From: a virus
Taxonomy: Duplodnaviria; Caudoviricetes
DNA: 57,433 nucleotides
IMG/VR virus record: IMGVR_UViG_3300007512_000043
Location: 1 to 57,433 of that record
Direction: 5' to 3' (one strand)
Translations under genes and position numbers: made by a program
Notes under the pieces: model-generated
Told to the model about the DNA's origin: nothing
Databases searched by the model: none
Seen by the model: the letters and a program-made list of their open reading frames with translations, nothing else
In this document: positions 56,119 through 57,433 of the stretch, in pieces
Position numbering within the stretch: the stretch's first letter is position 1
Layout of the letters: the number at the start of each line of letters is the position of its first letter

Positions 56119-57246
56119 TTACAGGTTCTTCGCCTGTAAATCCTTGTAGGCTTGGTGCGAGGCCACCGTCATCCTGTCTTTCGCCATTCGAAAGAAGTTC
56201 GCTTGGTATTCCTCGGGCCACCGACCTGCGTAATCGCAGAAAGCCCTTGTCTTCGCACGGTCTTCAATGAACATGCCCTTCTCATCCTGAGGGGCAGCAT
56301 CTTGTACCATTGAGATACTGGTTGCGTAGTACAACCCCGGCTCCTTCGGGAGCTTGCAACCCTTCGGGTCTTTGAAGATTTCCCCGGGCTGTGGACACTC
56401 ACTCATTCGTGTGCGGAACTCCTTCATTGAGTTGCCCACGTTGCGCCCAACTGTTCCGAAGATACATGCTTCAACCACCTTTGGATTGGTGCTCCACTTG
56501 GTGCCAATCTCATAGCATGACTCGATGAGTTTGGATGCCCAAGTAAATGTCCTTGAGTTGCACCTTGCGTGCTCGGCATAGGACACTGGCTCCCCGAACA
56601 CCTCGTCCTTCTGGTACTTGGCAAAAGCCTGAGCCCAAGCAGGGACGTTGTTATTCTGAGCCCATTGAACATACCCATCAACGGCTTCCTCACTCTGATG
56701 CGCCACATACAGATGCGTCAGCCTTGTGGACAACGCTTCCGTAAACGGTGTGGTTCCGATGTCACTCTCACCGTTACCGGCGGCAATGACCCTGACACAA
56801 TCGTAGAGGCGTGCACCATTACACATCCTGTCGAGGATGAGTTGCAGTGCCACGTTCAACACCTCTTGCATCGAACGATCCAGCTCATCAAGAAACATCA
56901 GACACTTGTCAGTCCATTCCCCTTTGAGGTTCTTCCAACGCGGTTTGATCAGCTTGCCCTTATCGTCAAACTTCTCAAACGGTATCACATTGGATGACTG
57001 GAGCCACTCAACGCACTTGTTCACCCTGTCTGCGACAGGCAGTCCAGCCAGATCGGGCGGCTCTTTGTCCGAACAACGAACATCGAACAACGCCCAGCCC
57101 AGCATCTCGGCAATCTGCCTGACGATACTGGATTTTGCACAACCCGGTGGACCCCACAACATGACGGGCTGGTTGACATTAACACAGACCATCAGTGCTG
57201 ACTTGATTGTGGCTATCGGATAGGTAACAGCTTCACAGCTATTCAT
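56119..57246 (-). CDS. MoxR-like AAA+ ATPase
   Basis: 'PVMLWGPPGCAKS', 'FLDELDR', 'IAAGN', 'ALSTRL'; start re-assigned to 57246. Confidence 0.88.
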   Translation of the reverse strand: MNSCEAVTYPIATIKSALMVCVNVNQPVMLWGPPGCAKSSIVRQIAEMLGWALFDVRCSDKEPPDLAGLPVADRVNKCVEWLQSSNVIPFEKFDDKGKLIKPRWKNLKGEWTDKCLMFLDELDRSMQEVLNVALQLILDRMCNGARLYDCVRVIAAGNGESDIGTTPFTEALSTRLTHLYVAHQSEEAVDGYVQWAQNNNVPAWAQAFAKYQKDEVFGEPVSYAEHARCNSRTFTWASKLIESCYEIGTKWSTNPKVVEACIFGTVGRNVGNSMKEFRTRMSECPQPGEIFKDPKGCKLPKEPGLYYATSISMVQDAAPQDEKGMFIEDRAKTRAFCDYAGRWPEEYQANFFRMAKDRMTVASHQAYKDLQAKNL

Positions 57247-57338
57247 TCTATTATGGTTCCTTTCTTTTTTTGTTATGGTTGTACCAGCCAATGGCTGGCA
57301 GGCTCGGTCACCTGACCGCTCCCCTCAAACATCAGAAG

Positions 57339-57392
57339 ATGATGACAGGACTCATCAGCCTGTCAATATTATTTTTAATTTTTTTTTATTAT
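57339..57392 (-). promoter_or_regulatory. Strong sigma70-like early promoter with UP element and overlapping palindrome
   Basis: TTGACA (57366-57361), 16 nt spacer, TGn-CATCAT; A-tract UP element; inverted repeat TGACAGG-N9-CCTGTCA spans the spacer. Confidence 0.65.
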
Positions 57393-57410
57393 TCTGATGG
57401 TTGAAGGGAA

Positions 57411-57432
57411 CGGCCAGCCCGAAGGCTGACCG
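57411..57432 (-). terminator. Hairpin with UUCG loop, possible upstream terminator
   Basis: Minus strand CGGTCAGCC-TTCG-GGCTGGCCG followed by TTCCCTT; weak U-tract and at the window edge. Confidence 0.4.
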
Positions 57433-57433
57433 C

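Noticed and set aside
57343-57365. Hammerhead ribozyme (CTGATGAG on the minus strand)
   Set aside because: No downstream GAAA core or three-stem junction; the motif lies in the promoter spacer.
1-57433. Self-targets of array spacers, tRNA genes and host assignment
   Set aside because: Single 8-mers match by chance in 57 kb and the paired 16-nt search cannot be done reliably by eye. No tRNA cloverleaf was noticed, and no sequence evidence fixes the host taxon.

Overview
The window is most of the genome of a tailed dsDNA phage or prophage with a podovirus-like layout: no tape measure or tail tube gene is visible, and there are very large internal virion proteins. The + strand (1-42.2 kb) carries tail-fibre and lysis-type genes, then portal, scaffold, major capsid, tail and ejection proteins, including a 4414-aa giant. 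The terminase large subunit is inverted and divergent from the portal operon. The - strand (42.2-57.3 kb) carries early and replication genes: MoxR AAA plus vWA/metallopeptidase, Sak4-like, Cas4-like exonuclease, resolvase, DnaB and a tyrosine recombinase. The main discovery is a non-coding array at 48471-49367 of about 24-25 units of 36 bp. Each unit has two different conserved 10-mers alternating with two variable 8-mers. It lies downstream of a nuclease-less IS110/Nop-domain gene (50197-50991). This matches the architecture of TIGR-Tas RNA-guided systems (TasA type). Here a 25-aa membrane peptide and a GIY-YIG/T5orf172 nuclease gene sit between the tas gene and the array. Other notable items are a ~140-nt structured intergenic RNA whose loop is complementary to a conserved early-gene RBS motif, a structural protein fused to a metallophosphatase, and a minimal MscS-like gene. 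All calls come from reading motifs by eye; no database searches were run.
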